64,000 nt of DNA from Escherichia coli (GCF_003334315.1 NZ_QOWR01000010.1), one strand, 5' to 3'. Shown: positions 37,724-49,737, counted from the stretch's first letter. Made by a program: numbers and translations. The notes: generated from the sequence alone by a model not told the origin.

Positions 37724-39820
37724 TTAGCGGAAATTGACGCTACGGTCGCTGGTCATGTCATACAACTGGAACTTACGCCCAAGTTGCTGACCACCGTCAC
37801 GCGTCAGCGGCGTCCAGCCAATCGCCGCACGGCTGCGTGTCGGGCCAGACGAGAAGAGATCCAACGGTACCGAGACATACACGCCTTTGGTGAAGTCCCC
37901 TTCGCCGTATTCCTCTTTCGAAACATTAGTGATCGTGGCATAGCCACCCACCACCACGCCGCTATCAAAGCGTTTGGCGATCTCCAGCGTGCCGCCTTTA
38001 TCCCCTGCCAGATACTGCCCGACGCTGGCTTTAACTAACACATCCTGAGCGAAAGATGGCGTCCAGTAGGCGGTCAGATGTCCGGTTTTCACGCTGTAGT
38101 CGGTGAATTTCATCATATCTTTTGCACTACGCCAGTCGCGCTGTTTAACGTAGTTGGCATCCAGACCAAACGCCCAGTTGCTGTCCAGCGGGCGATACAA
38201 CACTTCTGCCCCCGCACCGCCAAACATGGTTTCGAGATAACCACCGTAGACCTGACCGTAGAAGCCGTTGCCCAGATGCTGGAAGTAGTTGGCTTGCAGG
38301 TTATTCACATAGACATCGTTCTGCACATACTCGCGCACATGGGTACGCACGCGCGGTAAGTGCGAGTCCTGCGGAGGATTAGTGTAGTTAAACTTGTCGT
38401 AGTTGTTGGCAAGATTTGCAAACAGGCTGCCGGTGGTCAGCAGATGGTCCGTCAGCCACAAATCTGCCGTTCCCATCACGCCCAGCTGATACATGTAAAA
38501 GTTTTCCGGGCCACCGACCGACTGGTTCAGCACCGGATCGATATGGAAATCAAAGCGTGATTTGTCGATATACCAGCCCTGCTCGGTGGACTGCGGAACC
38601 ACTGGCTCGACGCGTTTTTGCGCCAGCGTCGTTTCGTGGCCCAACGGCTCTCCGGCGAGATGATTTTTCAGGCTGGCGACATCGGTTTCCGTCGTCACCT
38701 GCGGCATGTTAAGGCGATTTTCCGTAATGCGGATCGTTTTGATCCCATCCGGCAGATCGTTCATCACGATCCGATTCGCACGGATGATCCCTTCGCGCGA
38801 ATCACGATATTTCACCTGCTCGCCGGTAACATACAGCGTATCGCCTTTCGCCTGGATCTGTGGATCGGCAAGTCCAGCATTGTATTTCAACAGCGTTAAC
38901 TGATTCGCCACCACCGAATGCTGCAAAATGGCATCCTGCGGCTGCGGTTGATATTGCGGGCGGGCGTTATCGTTGTAAGACGGGCGCAGATCGTTAAAGT
39001 TGGTGCGCAACGTAACGCCAAACATAAAGGTGTTGCCACGTTCATAGCTAAGGTTAACGTCGGCCCAATCGGTAACGCGATAAATCGCACCGACGTTAAA
39101 CTTACTTTTTTGCTCCAGCTTCCCGGCAAAATCCTGCTGATAATTATTGCCTTCATACTCCAGTTTCAGGCGCAGCGGTTGCCAGGGCGTCTGGTATTCC
39201 ACGCCGCCAAACAGTGAGGCAGGACCGTGGAACATCTGGCTACCGTCGATAGATCCCGCCTGTTTGTAGCTGTTATCGCGATAGCAATATTTATCACTGG
39301 CTGAACAGAGCGGATTTTTCACATTACCGCTGGTGCCCAAATATCCCCAGCCCAGGCCGAGCGTAAAATCGAACGGCCCCCAGGCTTTGCTGGCAACAAG
39401 ATATTCCGCATCAAACAGCCCCGTACCGCCGATATCCCGCGCACCAACCGCCACTTGCGGCAGCCAGTAACTCTCTTCCCACAAACGCAGTTTGAGATCG
39501 AAGGCTTTATCTTTATACGTTTGATCGCCAGAGAACGCTTCGACGCTGCTGTACTGCCGGGTGCGCACGTCGGTGTAGCGCAGCGTTGTTTCCAGCCACG
39601 GGAAGAGTTGCACTGAAGCTGAGTAATAACGGTACTGATCGTTATCGCGATAGTTCAGGCTCAACTCCCCTTCCCGCGCCATGCGTGCGGTGGGCGTTTG
39701 TAATAATCCTACGCCACCGAAATCCGACTGCGACGGGCCAATGGGCGCAGGATATGTTTCGCCGTAGCAAGCCATGCTAATGCCCAGCGCCAGTAAGCTA
39801 AGCAGATGTCTTTTTTTCAT
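37724..39820 (-). CDS. yjbH: YjbH, putative outer-membrane lipoprotein/porin of the yjbEFGH exopolysaccharide locus (698 aa)
   Basis: ORF track; signal peptide; C-terminal aromatic residue typical of beta-barrels; synteny. Confidence 0.85.
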   Translation of the reverse strand: MKKRHLLSLLALGISMACYGETYPAPIGPSQSDFGGVGLLQTPTARMAREGELSLNYRDNDQYRYYSASVQLFPWLETTLRYTDVRTRQYSSVEAFSGDQTYKDKAFDLKLRLWEESYWLPQVAVGARDIGGTGLFDAEYLVASKAWGPFDFTLGLGWGYLGTSGNVKNPLCSASDKYCYRDNSYKQAGSIDGSQMFHGPASLFGGVEYQTPWQPLRLKLEYEGNNYQQDFAGKLEQKSKFNVGAIYRVTDWADVNLSYERGNTFMFGVTLRTNFNDLRPSYNDNARPQYQPQPQDAILQHSVVANQLTLLKYNAGLADPQIQAKGDTLYVTGEQVKYRDSREGIIRANRIVMNDLPDGIKTIRITENRLNMPQVTTETDVASLKNHLAGEPLGHETTLAQKRVEPVVPQSTEQGWYIDKSRFDFHIDPVLNQSVGGPENFYMYQLGVMGTADLWLTDHLLTTGSLFANLANNYDKFNYTNPPQDSHLPRVRTHVREYVQNDVYVNNLQANYFQHLGNGFYGQVYGGYLETMFGGAGAEVLYRPLDSNWAFGLDANYVKQRDWRSAKDMMKFTDYSVKTGHLTAYWTPSFAQDVLVKASVGQYLAGDKGGTLEIAKRFDSGVVVGGYATITNVSKEEYGEGDFTKGVYVSVPLDLFSSGPTRSRAAIGWTPLTRDGGQQLGRKFQLYDMTSDRSVNFR

Positions 39821-40557
39821 TATTGGGGTATCCGCTGCGTCAGAGTCTGAAGAATGTCGGCGTTAAGGGCATCAGGCGTCTCACTCCAGACGGAGTCCGC
39901 GAGGCCAACATAAATAATGCTGCCGGGCATCGGCTCTACGTGACGCTTGTTCCAGTAAGCCACCGGCGCTTTTTGCGTGCGTCCGTCCGGGTAAACCACC
40001 CACGCGTAGCTGCGATCCGCACCGCTAAGCAGGTTCTGCCCGGAGAGATAGCTCGCCACGTCGCGACCTGGAGTGAATGGCTGCTTGCCAGGACGGCTGA
40101 TAAGCCCGAACAGCGTGACCGTGGACGGTGGTGGCCCGACCCACAGCGTGTAGTTGCCCTGCAACGGTGGGTTACCGCGTTCGGCAACGCGGACGATATC
40201 AGGATCAAGATTGATTTTTTGCCTGCCCGTCACTTTCAACGCCTGAATTTGCTGGCGTAAGGCGTTAATCGCGGCGGCATCGTCGGCGCTGGAATCTGCA
40301 GCCAGTTCTGCCAGCCGTGTCAGCAACGCCTGCTGCTGCCGCAATGCTGCCGCCGTTGCCAGCTCTTCGCTAATCACCGCACCGGGCCACCAGCTGTTTG
40401 CCAGCCGCGGTTGGCCTACCAGATCGATTAAATGCTCTGCGCCCGTTAGCGTTTTGGCCTCACTGCTGCCATTGCTGAACACCTTGACGGTTCCTGCCGC
40501 GAAGACCGATGACGCTCCCACACTCAAAAGCAACGCGACAAAAGTTTGTTTAATCAT
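39820..40557 (-). CDS. yjbG: YjbG, periplasmic protein of the yjbEFGH locus (245 aa)
   Basis: ORF track 39820..40653 is over-extended; ATG at 40557 gives the signal peptide [20 protein letters not shown]; stop overlaps the yjbH start. Confidence 0.8.
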   Translation of the reverse strand: MIKQTFVALLLSVGASSVFAAGTVKVFSNGSSEAKTLTGAEHLIDLVGQPRLANSWWPGAVISEELATAAALRQQQALLTRLAELAADSSADDAAAINALRQQIQALKVTGRQKINLDPDIVRVAERGNPPLQGNYTLWVGPPPSTVTLFGLISRPGKQPFTPGRDVASYLSGQNLLSGADRSYAWVVYPDGRTQKAPVAYWNKRHVEPMPGSIIYVGLADSVWSETPDALNADILQTLTQRIPQ

Positions 40558-41192
40558 TGTTTTGCCGCCTTGATGAGAGTGGTTTTCACCGGGAAATAAT
40601 CCGCGCCGAGATACTGTTCCGACTGGCGAATTTGCCCTACGCTGTCGATCCAATAGCGGTTATGCCAGCGCGCCTGGTCGGTGGAGACTTCTTCGTCCAG
40701 CACGCGAACCGGGGTTTCATCGCTGCCGACTTTGACGGTATCGGTACCATTCCATTTGAAGACTGATCGTGCGGTGGCGTAGCGTACCTGCTTATACTCG
40801 GTCCAGCCCATCGTGCGCGTCCAGGTTGCACCATCAATGATTTGTGCGGGTTTAATCAGCGGGTCGGCGGCAAGGTTATTCACTTCAATCAGGTTGTCGC
40901 CGCCAAGCAAAGTCTTCACCAGACGACCATGTTGTGTGACGAGAGTGGCTTGATCCTGAGTGACCCATTTTTGTTGTCCGTCTTCAGCGAAGGCCAGCAC
41001 CACAAACAATTGCGGCCCGCCATTAAGCTGCATGTACTGGCTGGCGTAGGGCATATTTTGAATATCATCGTCCGTCAGCTGTACGCCTGGCGTGCCGAAC
41101 AGACTGTCCCACAGTGAATTGCCCAGCTCTTTAGTCGTGGCTGAACAGGCCTGTAATAACAGGCAGATAAGAATGAGTGCAGGTCGCTTCAC
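40554..41192 (-). CDS. yjbF: YjbF, putative lipoprotein of the yjbEFGH locus (212 aa, GTG start)
   Basis: ORF track 40554..41222; lipobox-like LLQAC; stop overlaps the yjbG start codon. Confidence 0.8.
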   Translation of the reverse strand: MKRPALILICLLLQACSATTKELGNSLWDSLFGTPGVQLTDDDIQNMPYASQYMQLNGGPQLFVVLAFAEDGQQKWVTQDQATLVTQHGRLVKTLLGGDNLIEVNNLAADPLIKPAQIIDGATWTRTMGWTEYKQVRYATARSVFKWNGTDTVKVGSDETPVRVLDEEVSTDQARWHNRYWIDSVGQIRQSEQYLGADYFPVKTTLIKAAKQ

Positions 41193-41306
41193 GACTCTTC
41201 TCCAGAGGGGCAGAATAACCACACCGGAGTGTGGTTATGGTTAATCCCCTTCATATTTCAAGCCACAGATGCGATGACTCGAATTATTTTGGGGATACAT
41301 ACTTTA

Positions 41307-41549
41307 TTACTGGGTACTGGTGGTTGTGGTTGTGGTGGTCCCGGTATTAGAACCATCACCGCCACCGGTTGCCGCGAGCGCGACACCCACCGCCGAGCTT
41401 ACGGTGCTGACGCTGGTCGCGGAGGAACTCCCCGCCGAAACCGACGTTGCTGCCGACCCTGCCGCTTCGCCCACCTGTACAGGTGCAGCCCACGCAGAAG
41501 TCGCCGCAAGCGCAGATATGGCAAAAATGCCATACAGAACTTTTTTCAT
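41307..41549 (-). CDS. yjbE: YjbE, small secreted Ser/Thr/Gly/Ala-rich low-complexity protein (80 aa)
   Basis: ORF track; signal peptide [21 protein letters not shown] then a low-complexity repeat ending in a poly-Thr stretch. Confidence 0.75.
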
Positions 41550-41957
41550 AACAATTTCCCTTCATTGAATGAATGGAGATTTACCCAAAAACATTTCGGG
41601 CGGGATCGAGTATACACAACTAAAGCATGCGAATTACGGCGCGGGGAATTAGCGATGGTGTTTTAGGATAATTGGAATGAATATCAAATATAAGTTTCAA
41701 CTTATATTTAAATAACAATAAAAATCATAAACTTAAAATAAAAACAAAAGTAATTAATCTGCGTATTTTCCGAAATAAACAACGATTAAAAATCTATTTT
41801 AGGATTAACCTCACGGTATGATTTCCGTTAAATCACAGACAAGGGGATTTATCTGATAAAAAAATGCCGACATAACGTCGGCATTGTTATTAAGGTTATT
41901 TAATCAATCGTGCTATGTATTAATTGCCGAATACGATGTACATATCGGCATCGACCT

Positions 41958-42035
41958 GTAGGCCTGATAAGACGCGACCGCGTCGCATCAGGCATCGGTT
42001 GCCGGATGCGGCGTGAACGCCTTATCCGGCCTACA
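41958..42035. repeat. REP/BIME elements between pgi and yjbE
   Basis: gtaggcctgataagacgcg... and gccggatgcggcgtgaacgccttatccggcctac REP palindromes. Confidence 0.85.
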
Positions 42036-42060
42036 TAGCGGCATCAGGCATGAACGATGA

Positions 42061-43710
42061 TTAACCGCGCCACGCTTTATAGCGGTTAATCAGACCATTG
42101 GTCGAGCTATCGTGGCTGCTGATTTCTTTATCATCTTTCAGCTCTGGCAGAATACGGTTTGCCAGTTGTTTACCCAGCTCCACGCCCCACTGGTCGAAGG
42201 TGAAGATGTTCAGGATCACGCCCTGAGTAAAGATTTTGTGCTCATACAGCGCAATCAACGCCCCCAGGCTGAACGGAGTGATTTCGCGCAGCAGGATGGA
42301 GTTGGTCGGGCGGTTACCTTCGAACACTTTGAACGGCACCACGTAGTCAAGCGTTGCCGGATCTTTACCCTGATCGCGATATTCCTGCTCAACCACTTCA
42401 CGGGATTTACCAAACGCCAGCGCTTCGGTCTGGGCGAAGAAGTTAGACAGCAGTTTCTGGTGGTGATCAGAGAGCGGGTTATGGGTGATAGCCGGGGCGA
42501 TGAAATCGCACGGTACCATTTTGGTTCCCTGGTGGATCAGCTGGTAGAACGCGTGCTGACCGTTAGTGCCTGGTTCACCCCAGATAATCGGGCCAGTCTG
42601 GTAATCCACAACGTTACCGTTACGGTCAACATACTTACCGTTGGACTCCATATTGCCCTGCTGGAAGTACGCCGCGAAACGGTGCATATACTGGTCATAC
42701 GGCAGAATCGCTTCAGTTTCCGCACCAAAGAAATTGTTGTACCAGATGCCAATCAGCGCCAGCAGTACAGGCAGGTTTTTCTCGGCAGGCGTGGTGGAGA
42801 AATGCTTGTCCATCGCGTGTGCGCCAGAAAGCAGTTCAACGAAGTTATCAAAGCCGATGGAGAGAACAATCGACAGGCCAATCGCTGACCACAAAGAGTA
42901 ACGGCCGCCAACCCAGTCCCAGAACTCGAACATGTTGGCAGTATCAATACCAAACTCGCCAACGGCTTTGGCATTGGTGGAGAGCGCAGCGAAGTGTTTC
43001 GCAACGTGTTTTTCATCACCTGCCGCTTTCAGGAACCAGTCACGCGCGCTATGGGCGTTGGTCATGGTTTCCTGAGTGGTGAAGGTTTTAGATGCTACCA
43101 GGAACAGCGTGGTTTCCGGGTTTACTTTTTTCAGCACTTCAGCGATGTGAGTCCCATCGACGTTAGAAACAAAGTGCATGTTCAGGTGGTTTTTGTACGG
43201 ACGCAGTGCTTCGGTCACCATGTATGGGCCGAGGTCAGAACCGCCGATCCCGATGTTCACTACGTCAGTGATTGCTTTGCCGGTATAACCTTTCCACTCA
43301 CCGGAAATAATCGCTTCTGAGAAGGTTTTCATCTTCTCCAGCACCGCGTTGACTTCCGGCATTACGTCTTTGCCATCAACCAAAATCGGGGTATTGCTAC
43401 GGTTACGCAGCGCTACGTGCAGCACGGCGCGGTTTTCAGTGCGGTTGATCTTCTCGCCAGAGAACATCGACTTAATCGCGCCCGCCAGATCGCACTCTTT
43501 CGCCAGATCCTGTAATTTCGCCAGCGTCTCTTCGGTGATGCGGTTTTTGGAGTAATCCACCAGCATCTGATCGTCGAATGTTGCGGAGAACTTAGAAAAA
43601 CGATCGCCGTCTTTAGCAAAAAGATCGGCGATCGTAACGTCTTTCATTTCATCGAAGTGTTTCTGTAGTGCCTGCCAGGCAGCGGTCTGCGTTGGATTGA
43701 TGTTTTTCAT
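42061..43710 (-). CDS. pgi: glucose-6-phosphate isomerase Pgi (549 aa)
   Basis: ORF track 42061..43716; start [19 protein letters not shown]; sequence recognised. Confidence 0.97.
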
Positions 43711-43893
43711 TAGCAATACTCTTCTGATTTTGAGAATTGTGACTTTGGAAGATTGTAGCGCCAGTCACAGAAAAATGTGATGGTTTTAGTGCCGTTAGCG
43801 TAATGTTGAGTGTAAACCCTTAGCGCAGTGAAGCATTTATTAGCTGAACTACTGACCGCCAGGAGTGGATGAAAAATCCGCATGACCCCGTCG

Positions 43894-43925
43894 TTGACAA
43901 CCGCCCCGCTCACCCTTTATTTATA
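43894..43925 (+). promoter_or_regulatory. candidate lysC promoter (TTGACA -35 with an AT-rich -10 region)
   Basis: TTGACA at 43894-43899 followed about 17 bp later by tttatttataaat. Confidence 0.5.
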
Positions 43926-43940
43926 AATGTACTACCTGCG

Positions 43941-44225
43941 CTAGCGCAGGCCAGAAGAGGCGCGTTGCCCAAGTAACGGTGTTGGAGGAGCCAGTCCTGT
44001 GATAACACCTGAGGGGGTGCATCGCCGAGGTGATTGAACGGCTGGCCACGTTCATCATCGGCTACAGGGGCTGAATCCCCTGGGTTGTCACCAGAAGCGT
44101 TCGCAGTCGGGCGTTTCGCAAGTGGTGGAGCACTTCTGGGTGAAAATAGTAGCGAAGTATCGCTCTGCGCCCACCCGTCTTCCGCTCTTCCCTTGTGCCA
44201 AGGCTGAAAATGGATCCCCTGACAC
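43941..44225 (+). promoter_or_regulatory. lysine riboswitch (LYS element / L-box) in the lysC leader
   Basis: Long structured leader carrying the conserved lysine-riboswitch blocks (AGAGGCGC, GGAGGAGCC, CTGGG, GTGAAA) directly upstream of the lysC RBS. Confidence 0.8.
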
Positions 44226-44234
44226 GAGGTAGTT

Positions 44235-45584
44235 ATGTCTGAAATTGTTGTCTCCAAATTTGGCGGTACCAGCGTAGCTGATTTTGACGCCATGAACCGC
44301 AGCGCTGATATTGTGCTTTCTGATGCCAACGTGCGTTTAGTAGTCCTCTCGGCTTCTGCTGGTATCACTAATCTGCTGGTCGCTTTAGCGGAAGGGCTGG
44401 AACCTGGCGAGCGATTCGAAAAACTCGACGCTATTCGCAACATCCAGTTTGCCATTCTGGAACGTCTGCGTTACCCGAACGTTATCCGTGAAGAGATTGA
44501 ACGTCTGCTGGAGAACATTACTGTTCTGGCAGAAGCGGCGGCGCTGGCAACGTCTCCGGCGCTGACAGATGAGCTGGTCAGCCACGGCGAGCTGATGTCG
44601 ACCCTGCTGTTTGTTGAGATCCTGCGCGAACGCGATGTTCAGGCACAGTGGTTTGATGTACGTAAAGTGATGCGTACCAACGACCGATTTGGTCGTGCAG
44701 AGCCAGATGTAGCCGCGCTGGCGGAACTGGCCGCGCTGCAGCTGCTCCCACGCCTCAATGACGGCTTAGTGATCACCCAGGGATTTATCGGTAGCGAAAA
44801 TAAAGGTCGTACAACGACGCTTGGCCGTGGAGGCAGCGATTATACGGCAGCCTTGCTGGCGGAGGCTTTACACGCATCTCGTGTTGATATCTGGACCGAC
44901 GTCCCGGGCATCTACACCACCGATCCACGCGTGGTTTCCGCAGCAAAACGCATTGATGAAATCGCGTTTGCCGAAGCGGCAGAGATGGCAACTTTTGGTG
45001 CAAAAGTACTGCATCCAGCAACGTTGCTCCCCGCAGTACGCAGCGATATCCCGGTCTTTGTCGGCTCCAGCAAAGACTCACGCGCAGGTGGTACGCTGGT
45101 GTGCAATAAAACTGAAAATCCGCCGCTGTTCCGCGCGCTGGCGCTTCGTCGCAATCAGACTCTACTCACTTTGCACAGCCTGAATATGCTGCATTCTCGC
45201 GGTTTCCTCGCGGAAGTTTTCGGCATCCTCGCGCGGCATAATATTTCGGTAGACTTAATCACCACGTCAGAAGTGAGCGTGGCATTAACCCTTGATACCA
45301 CCGGTTCAACCTCCACTGGCGATACGTTGCTGACGCAATCTCTGCTGATGGAGCTTTCCGCACTGTGTCGGGTGGAGGTGGAAGAAGGTCTGGCGCTGGT
45401 CGCGTTGATTGGCAATGACCTGTCAAAAGCCTGCGGCGTTGGCAAAGAGGTATTCGGCGTACTGGAACCGTTCAACATTCGCATGATTTGTTATGGCGCA
45501 TCCAGCCATAACCTGTGCTTCCTGGTGCCCGGCGAAGATGCCGAGCAGGTGGTGCAAAAACTGCATAGTAATTTGTTTGAGTAA
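44235..45584 (+). CDS. lysC: lysine-sensitive aspartokinase III, LysC (449 aa)
   Basis: ORF track; start MSEIVVSKFGGTSVADFDAMNRSADIV; two C-terminal ACT domains. Confidence 0.97.
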   Translation: MSEIVVSKFGGTSVADFDAMNRSADIVLSDANVRLVVLSASAGITNLLVALAEGLEPGERFEKLDAIRNIQFAILERLRYPNVIREEIERLLENITVLAEAAALATSPALTDELVSHGELMSTLLFVEILRERDVQAQWFDVRKVMRTNDRFGRAEPDVAALAELAALQLLPRLNDGLVITQGFIGSENKGRTTTLGRGGSDYTAALLAEALHASRVDIWTDVPGIYTTDPRVVSAAKRIDEIAFAEAAEMATFGAKVLHPATLLPAVRSDIPVFVGSSKDSRAGGTLVCNKTENPPLFRALALRRNQTLLTLHSLNMLHSRGFLAEVFGILARHNISVDLITTSEVSVALTLDTTGSTSTGDTLLTQSLLMELSALCRVEVEEGLALVALIGNDLSKACGVGKEVFGVLEPFNIRMICYGASSHNLCFLVPGEDAEQVVQKLHSNLFE

Positions 45585-45836
45585 ATACTGTATGGCCTGG
45601 AAGCTATATTTCGGGCCGTATTGATTTTCTTGTCACTATGCTCATCAATAAACGAGCCTGTACTCTGTTAACCAGCGTCTTTATCGGAGAATAATTGCCT
45701 TTAATTTTTTTATCTGCATCTCTAATTAATTATCGAAAGAGATAAATAGTTAAGAGAAGGCAAAATGAATATTATCAGTTCTGCTCGCAAACGAATTCCC
45801 GTACACTGAACTCTCTGGCTCACTGAGGGCACCATC

Positions 45837-46109
45837 ATGGCACTCCCCCGTATTACCCAAAAAGAGATGACTGAACGCGAGCAGCGTGAACTTAAAACAC
45901 TGCTGGATCGGGCGCGGATTGCGCATGGTCGCGTATTGACCAACTCCGAAACCAACAGCATTAAGAAAGATTACATCGATAAATTAATGGTTGAGCGTGA
46001 GGCTGAAGCGAAAAAAGCCCGCCAGTTGAAGAAAAAGCAGGCTTATAAACCGGATCCTGAAGCGTCATTTAGCTGGTCAGCAAATACGTCGACGCGCGGC
46101 AGGCGCTAA
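45837..46109 (+). CDS. yjbD: YjbD, small conserved protein (DUF3811-like, 90 aa)
   Basis: ORF track; synteny between lysC and rluF. Confidence 0.75.
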   Translation: MALPRITQKEMTEREQRELKTLLDRARIAHGRVLTNSETNSIKKDYIDKLMVEREAEAKKARQLKKKQAYKPDPEASFSWSANTSTRGRR

Positions 46110-46241
46110 TCCACAATCAACGCCTGAGATTTTCACTCGTCAGTGTGAACACAATTTTCCCCTCACCCTAACCCTTTTCCCGAAGGGGCGAGGGGACTGT
46201 CCGGGCACTTTTGGGCCGTTTTCATCAGTCTGAGGCGTTAA

Positions 46242-47114
46242 TCAGCGCCCCTTCTTTTTACGCCCCGGCGAGGTAAAACGCTTACCGTTGGACGCCGGGC
46301 GACCGCCTTTTTCCGCCGTTTTTTCCATCTTAACGACTGGACGTTTGATGCCCGCTGTTTTCGGTTTGGCCTTCACTTTAGGTTTTGCCTCGGAAGAGGA
46401 ATTTTCGATGAGCTTAAAGAGGTCGATTAACTCATCATCAGTTAAATCGCGCCATTCCCCCAGCGGAATGCCGCTTAAGCTAACGTTCATGATGCGCGTG
46501 CGTTCCAGCTTTTTCACTTCATAGCCGAAATGCTCGCACATGCGCCGGATCTGACGGTTCAGCCCCTGCACCAGGGTAATGCGGAAGACAAACGGCGCTT
46601 CTTTTTTAACTTTGCACTTTTTGGTCACTGTCCCGAGGATTGGCACCCCCGCACTCATGCCGCGAATAAACTCCTCGGTAATCGGTTTATCGACCGTCAC
46701 CAGATACTCTTTCTCATGATCATTGCCAGCACGCAGGATCTTATTCACCAGATCGCCGTGATTGGTGAGGAAAATCAGCCCCTGGGAGTCTTTATCCAGG
46801 CGGCCAATCGGGAACACGCGTTTGCTGTGGTTAACGAAATCGACAATGTTATCGCGCTCGCCATCTTCGGTGGTGCTTACAATACCAACGGGCTTGTTCA
46901 GGGCGATAAGTACCAAATCTTCGGCTTCCCGAGGTTCAATCAACTGACCGTTTACTTTCACAACGTCGCCGGGTTTCACCTGATCGCCAATGGTGGCTCG
47001 CTTGCCATTAAGGAACACATTGCCTTGCTCGATATAGCGATCCGCTTCGCGGCGTGAGCAAATTCCGCTTTCGCTGATGTATTTATTTAAACGGACTGAT
47101 GAGTCGGGCAGCAT
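46242..47114 (-). CDS. rluF: 23S rRNA pseudouridine synthase RluF (290 aa)
   Basis: ORF track; S4 RNA-binding domain plus RsuA-family catalytic motif ([12 protein letters not shown]); basic C-terminal tail. Confidence 0.93.
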   Translation of the reverse strand: MLPDSSVRLNKYISESGICSRREADRYIEQGNVFLNGKRATIGDQVKPGDVVKVNGQLIEPREAEDLVLIALNKPVGIVSTTEDGERDNIVDFVNHSKRVFPIGRLDKDSQGLIFLTNHGDLVNKILRAGNDHEKEYLVTVDKPITEEFIRGMSAGVPILGTVTKKCKVKKEAPFVFRITLVQGLNRQIRRMCEHFGYEVKKLERTRIMNVSLSGIPLGEWRDLTDDELIDLFKLIENSSSEAKPKVKAKPKTAGIKRPVVKMEKTAEKGGRPASNGKRFTSPGRKKKGR

Positions 47115-47325
47115 AAATTCTCCTGTAAAAAACGGAATATACCGTACCTTTGGGTTGATAAAAAATAGTCATGAGCGAACTATTTGTTATTTCCATTGGC
47201 TTGAATTCGTTACCTGCTCAAATCACTTTCCAGAAGCAATGTGCGACATCGTGAGCCATGTCAGTAAGTGGTTAAATTCGCAGTGGTAGCATGCCTCCCG
47301 TGATTTCTTACTAACCGGAGAAGTA

Positions 47326-48015
47326 ATGGAACTGCTTTTATTGAGTAACTCGACGCTGCCGGGTAAAGCCTGGCTGGAACATGCACTGCCGCTAATTGCT
47401 GAACAGTTGCAGGGTCGCCGCTCAGCGGTGTTTATCCCTTTCGCTGGCGTAACGCAGACCTGGGATGATTACACAGCGAAAACGGCTGCGGTTCTCGCTC
47501 CGCTGGGTGTTTCTGTCACCGGTATTCATAGCGTTGTCGATCCCGTTGCCGCGATTGAAAATGCTGAGATCGTGATTGTCGGCGGCGGGAATACTTTCCA
47601 GTTGCTGAAACAGTGCCGCGAGCGCGGGCTGCTGGCACCAATTACTGACGTGGTTAAACGTGGCGCGCTGTATATTGGCTGGAGCGCAGGCGCTAACCTT
47701 GCTTGCCCAACCATTCGTACCACCAACGATATGCCGATTGTCGATCCGCAAGGTTTCGATGCGCTAAATCTGTTCCCGCTGCAAATCAACCCGCACTTCA
47801 CCAACGCGCTGCCGGAAGGCCATAAAGGTGAAACCCGTGAACAGCGTATTCGCGAACTGCTGGTCGTCGCGCCAGAACTGACGATTATTGGTCTGCCGGA
47901 AGGTAACTGGATCACAGTGAGTAAAGGTCACGCTACGCTGGGTGGCCCGAACACCACTTATGTGTTTAAGGCTGGTGAAGAAGCGGTGCCGCTGGAAGCG
48001 GGTCACCGTTTTTAA
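47326..48015 (+). CDS. pepE: alpha-aspartyl dipeptidase PepE (peptidase S51, 229 aa)
   Basis: ORF track; sequence recognised. Confidence 0.93.
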
Positions 48016-48022
48016 GTGAATT

Positions 48023-48092
48023 GCCGGATGCATGATCCGGCATCTTGTTCATAGTGCCTGATGCGACGCTTGACGCGTCTTATCAGGCCTAC
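48023..48092. repeat. REP elements between pepE and yjbB
   Basis: gccggatgcatgatccggc and gcctgatgcgacgcttgacgcgtcttatcaggcctac palindromes. Confidence 0.8.
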
Positions 48093-48105
48093 AGGATTCA
48101 CAATA

Positions 48106-49737
48106 TTAATACTCGTCCCGTCCTTCATCTTCATCCGGCTGTTCCAGCACACTGTAAGCCACCGAACAAAACAGCGAGTTCAGGCGCTGCATATCTCCCA
48201 GTAAGCCTAAATGTAGCGAACTGGTTTCAATGCTCTGCACGTTTTGCTGATGCAGGCGATCGACGTGGGCGTGGGAATAGCGGCGATTAAGAATGCGAAA
48301 GCGATGCTTACTACGGCGCAAACGACGAGCGCTGGTGACATCGCCAGAGAAGAACACCGACATTGCCAGTTTTAAATTACTGAGCAATTGCTCATAGAGC
48401 GCATCCAGTTCCTTCAAGCCATCAAGCGAAAATGCCCGCCGTGCTGCCAGCGATTTATCAGCAATTTCACTCCCCATGCGCTCGACGATATCGGAAGCCT
48501 GTTCAAGGTTGAGCGACATTTCAATAATCTCCGCCCAGCGACGCGACTCTTCTTCTGCCAGTTCCTCTTTTGGCATCCGCGCCAGATACAGCTTAATGGC
48601 GGTATAGAGAACGTTGATATCATCTGCCAGCTTACGCAGCTCTTTCTCCTGCCGTGGCTCGCCGTGCATCACTTTATTCAGCCCTTCCATCATCTGTTCC
48701 ATGGCGTCGCCAATGCGCAGGGTTTCGCGCGCGGCGTTCGCCAGAGCAAGCGTGGGCGTATCCAGCGCGCTGACATCCAGATGTTTAGGCCGTAGCTGGG
48801 TATCCAGTTCCGGTTCATCGCGAATAATCGTTTTGCAAAACCGTGCCATCGGGTCAACAAATGGCAGCATGACCAGGCAACGTACAAGGTTGTAGAAGAC
48901 GTGGAAATAGATCACCAGTTCCGCTTTTGGCAATGACAACTTCCCCATTGTCTCTGCCAGCAAATGGACAAACGGCAGGATAATCAGGCTACCCACCAGC
49001 TTAAACAGCAGACTACCCAGCGCGACACGGCGGGCTGCGGCATTGGCGGCACTGTTGTTGAGCATCGCCAGCAGGCCGGAACCGAGGTTAGCACCAATCA
49101 CCAGACAGAGCGCCACGGGGAAGGAGATAATGCCTGCGGCGGTCAGAGTCGCAGTCAGCAATACAGCAGCAAGGCTGGAGTAGCTGATAATGGCGAACAT
49201 CGCGCCAATCAGCGCATCCAGCAGAATATCGCCGGTCAGCGAGGCAAAGATCACCTGAACGCCGTTTGCCTGGGTGATCGGCGTTACGGCCTGCACAATC
49301 AACTCCAGCGCTAGCAAAATCAGCCCAAGACCAATACCGACGCGGCCCAGTTGCCCGGCGCGTGACTGTTTGCGTCCGAGGAAAAAAATCACGCCGATAA
49401 AAATAAGTAACGGTGACAGCCAGGATAAGTCGAAGGTGAGAATACGCGCCATTAGCGCCGTCCCGACATCTGCACCCAGCACAATGACCAGAGCCGGTGC
49501 GAGGGCTACCAGATCCTGAGCGACAAACGAGGTCACCAGCATGGTGGTGGCATTACTGCTCTGTACCAGTGCGGTAACGCCGATCCCCGCGCAAAAGGCG
49601 AGCGGCTTTTTTTCGACGCTCCGGCTAAGGACAGTACGCAAACGCGCGCCGAAGACGCGCATTACGCCGGTTCGAACAATATGAGTCCCCCAGACCAGCA
49701 GGGCGACGGCAGAAAGCAGGTGAAGCAGCGTTAACAC
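48106..49737 (-). CDS. yjbB: YjbB, putative Na+/phosphate cotransporter (PhoU-like C-terminal domain), 543 aa
   Basis: ORF track; polytopic N-terminal half, soluble C-terminal half; synteny. Confidence 0.9.
   Translation of the reverse strand: MLTLLHLLSAVALLVWGTHIVRTGVMRVFGARLRTVLSRSVEKKPLAFCAGIGVTALVQSSNATTMLVTSFVAQDLVALAPALVIVLGADVGTALMARILTFDLSWLSPLLIFIGVIFFLGRKQSRAGQLGRVGIGLGLILLALELIVQAVTPITQANGVQVIFASLTGDILLDALIGAMFAIISYSSLAAVLLTATLTAAGIISFPVALCLVIGANLGSGLLAMLNNSAANAAARRVALGSLLFKLVGSLIILPFVHLLAETMGKLSLPKAELVIYFHVFYNLVRCLVMLPFVDPMARFCKTIIRDEPELDTQLRPKHLDVSALDTPTLALANAARETLRIGDAMEQMMEGLNKVMHGEPRQEKELRKLADDINVLYTAIKLYLARMPKEELAEEESRRWAEIIEMSLNLEQASDIVERMGSEIADKSLAARRAFSLDGLKELDALYEQLLSNLKLAMSVFFSGDVTSARRLRRSKHRFRILNRRYSHAHVDRLHQQNVQSIETSSLHLGLLGDMQRLNSLFCSVAYSVLEQPDEDEGRDEY

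Noticed and set aside
41229-41666. Plus-strand ORFs (145 and 82 codons) overlapping yjbE
   Set aside because: Antisense to the signal-peptide-bearing yjbE ORF and driven by the GC-rich repetitive codons of its low-complexity region.
46140-46241. GC-rich imperfect palindrome (ccctcaccctaacccttttcccgaaggggcgagggg) between convergent yjbD and rluF, considered as a possible novel repeat or small RNA
   Set aside because: Most simply a bidirectional terminator or member of a known short enterobacterial intergenic repeat family; a single copy in the window, so no evidence for anything more.
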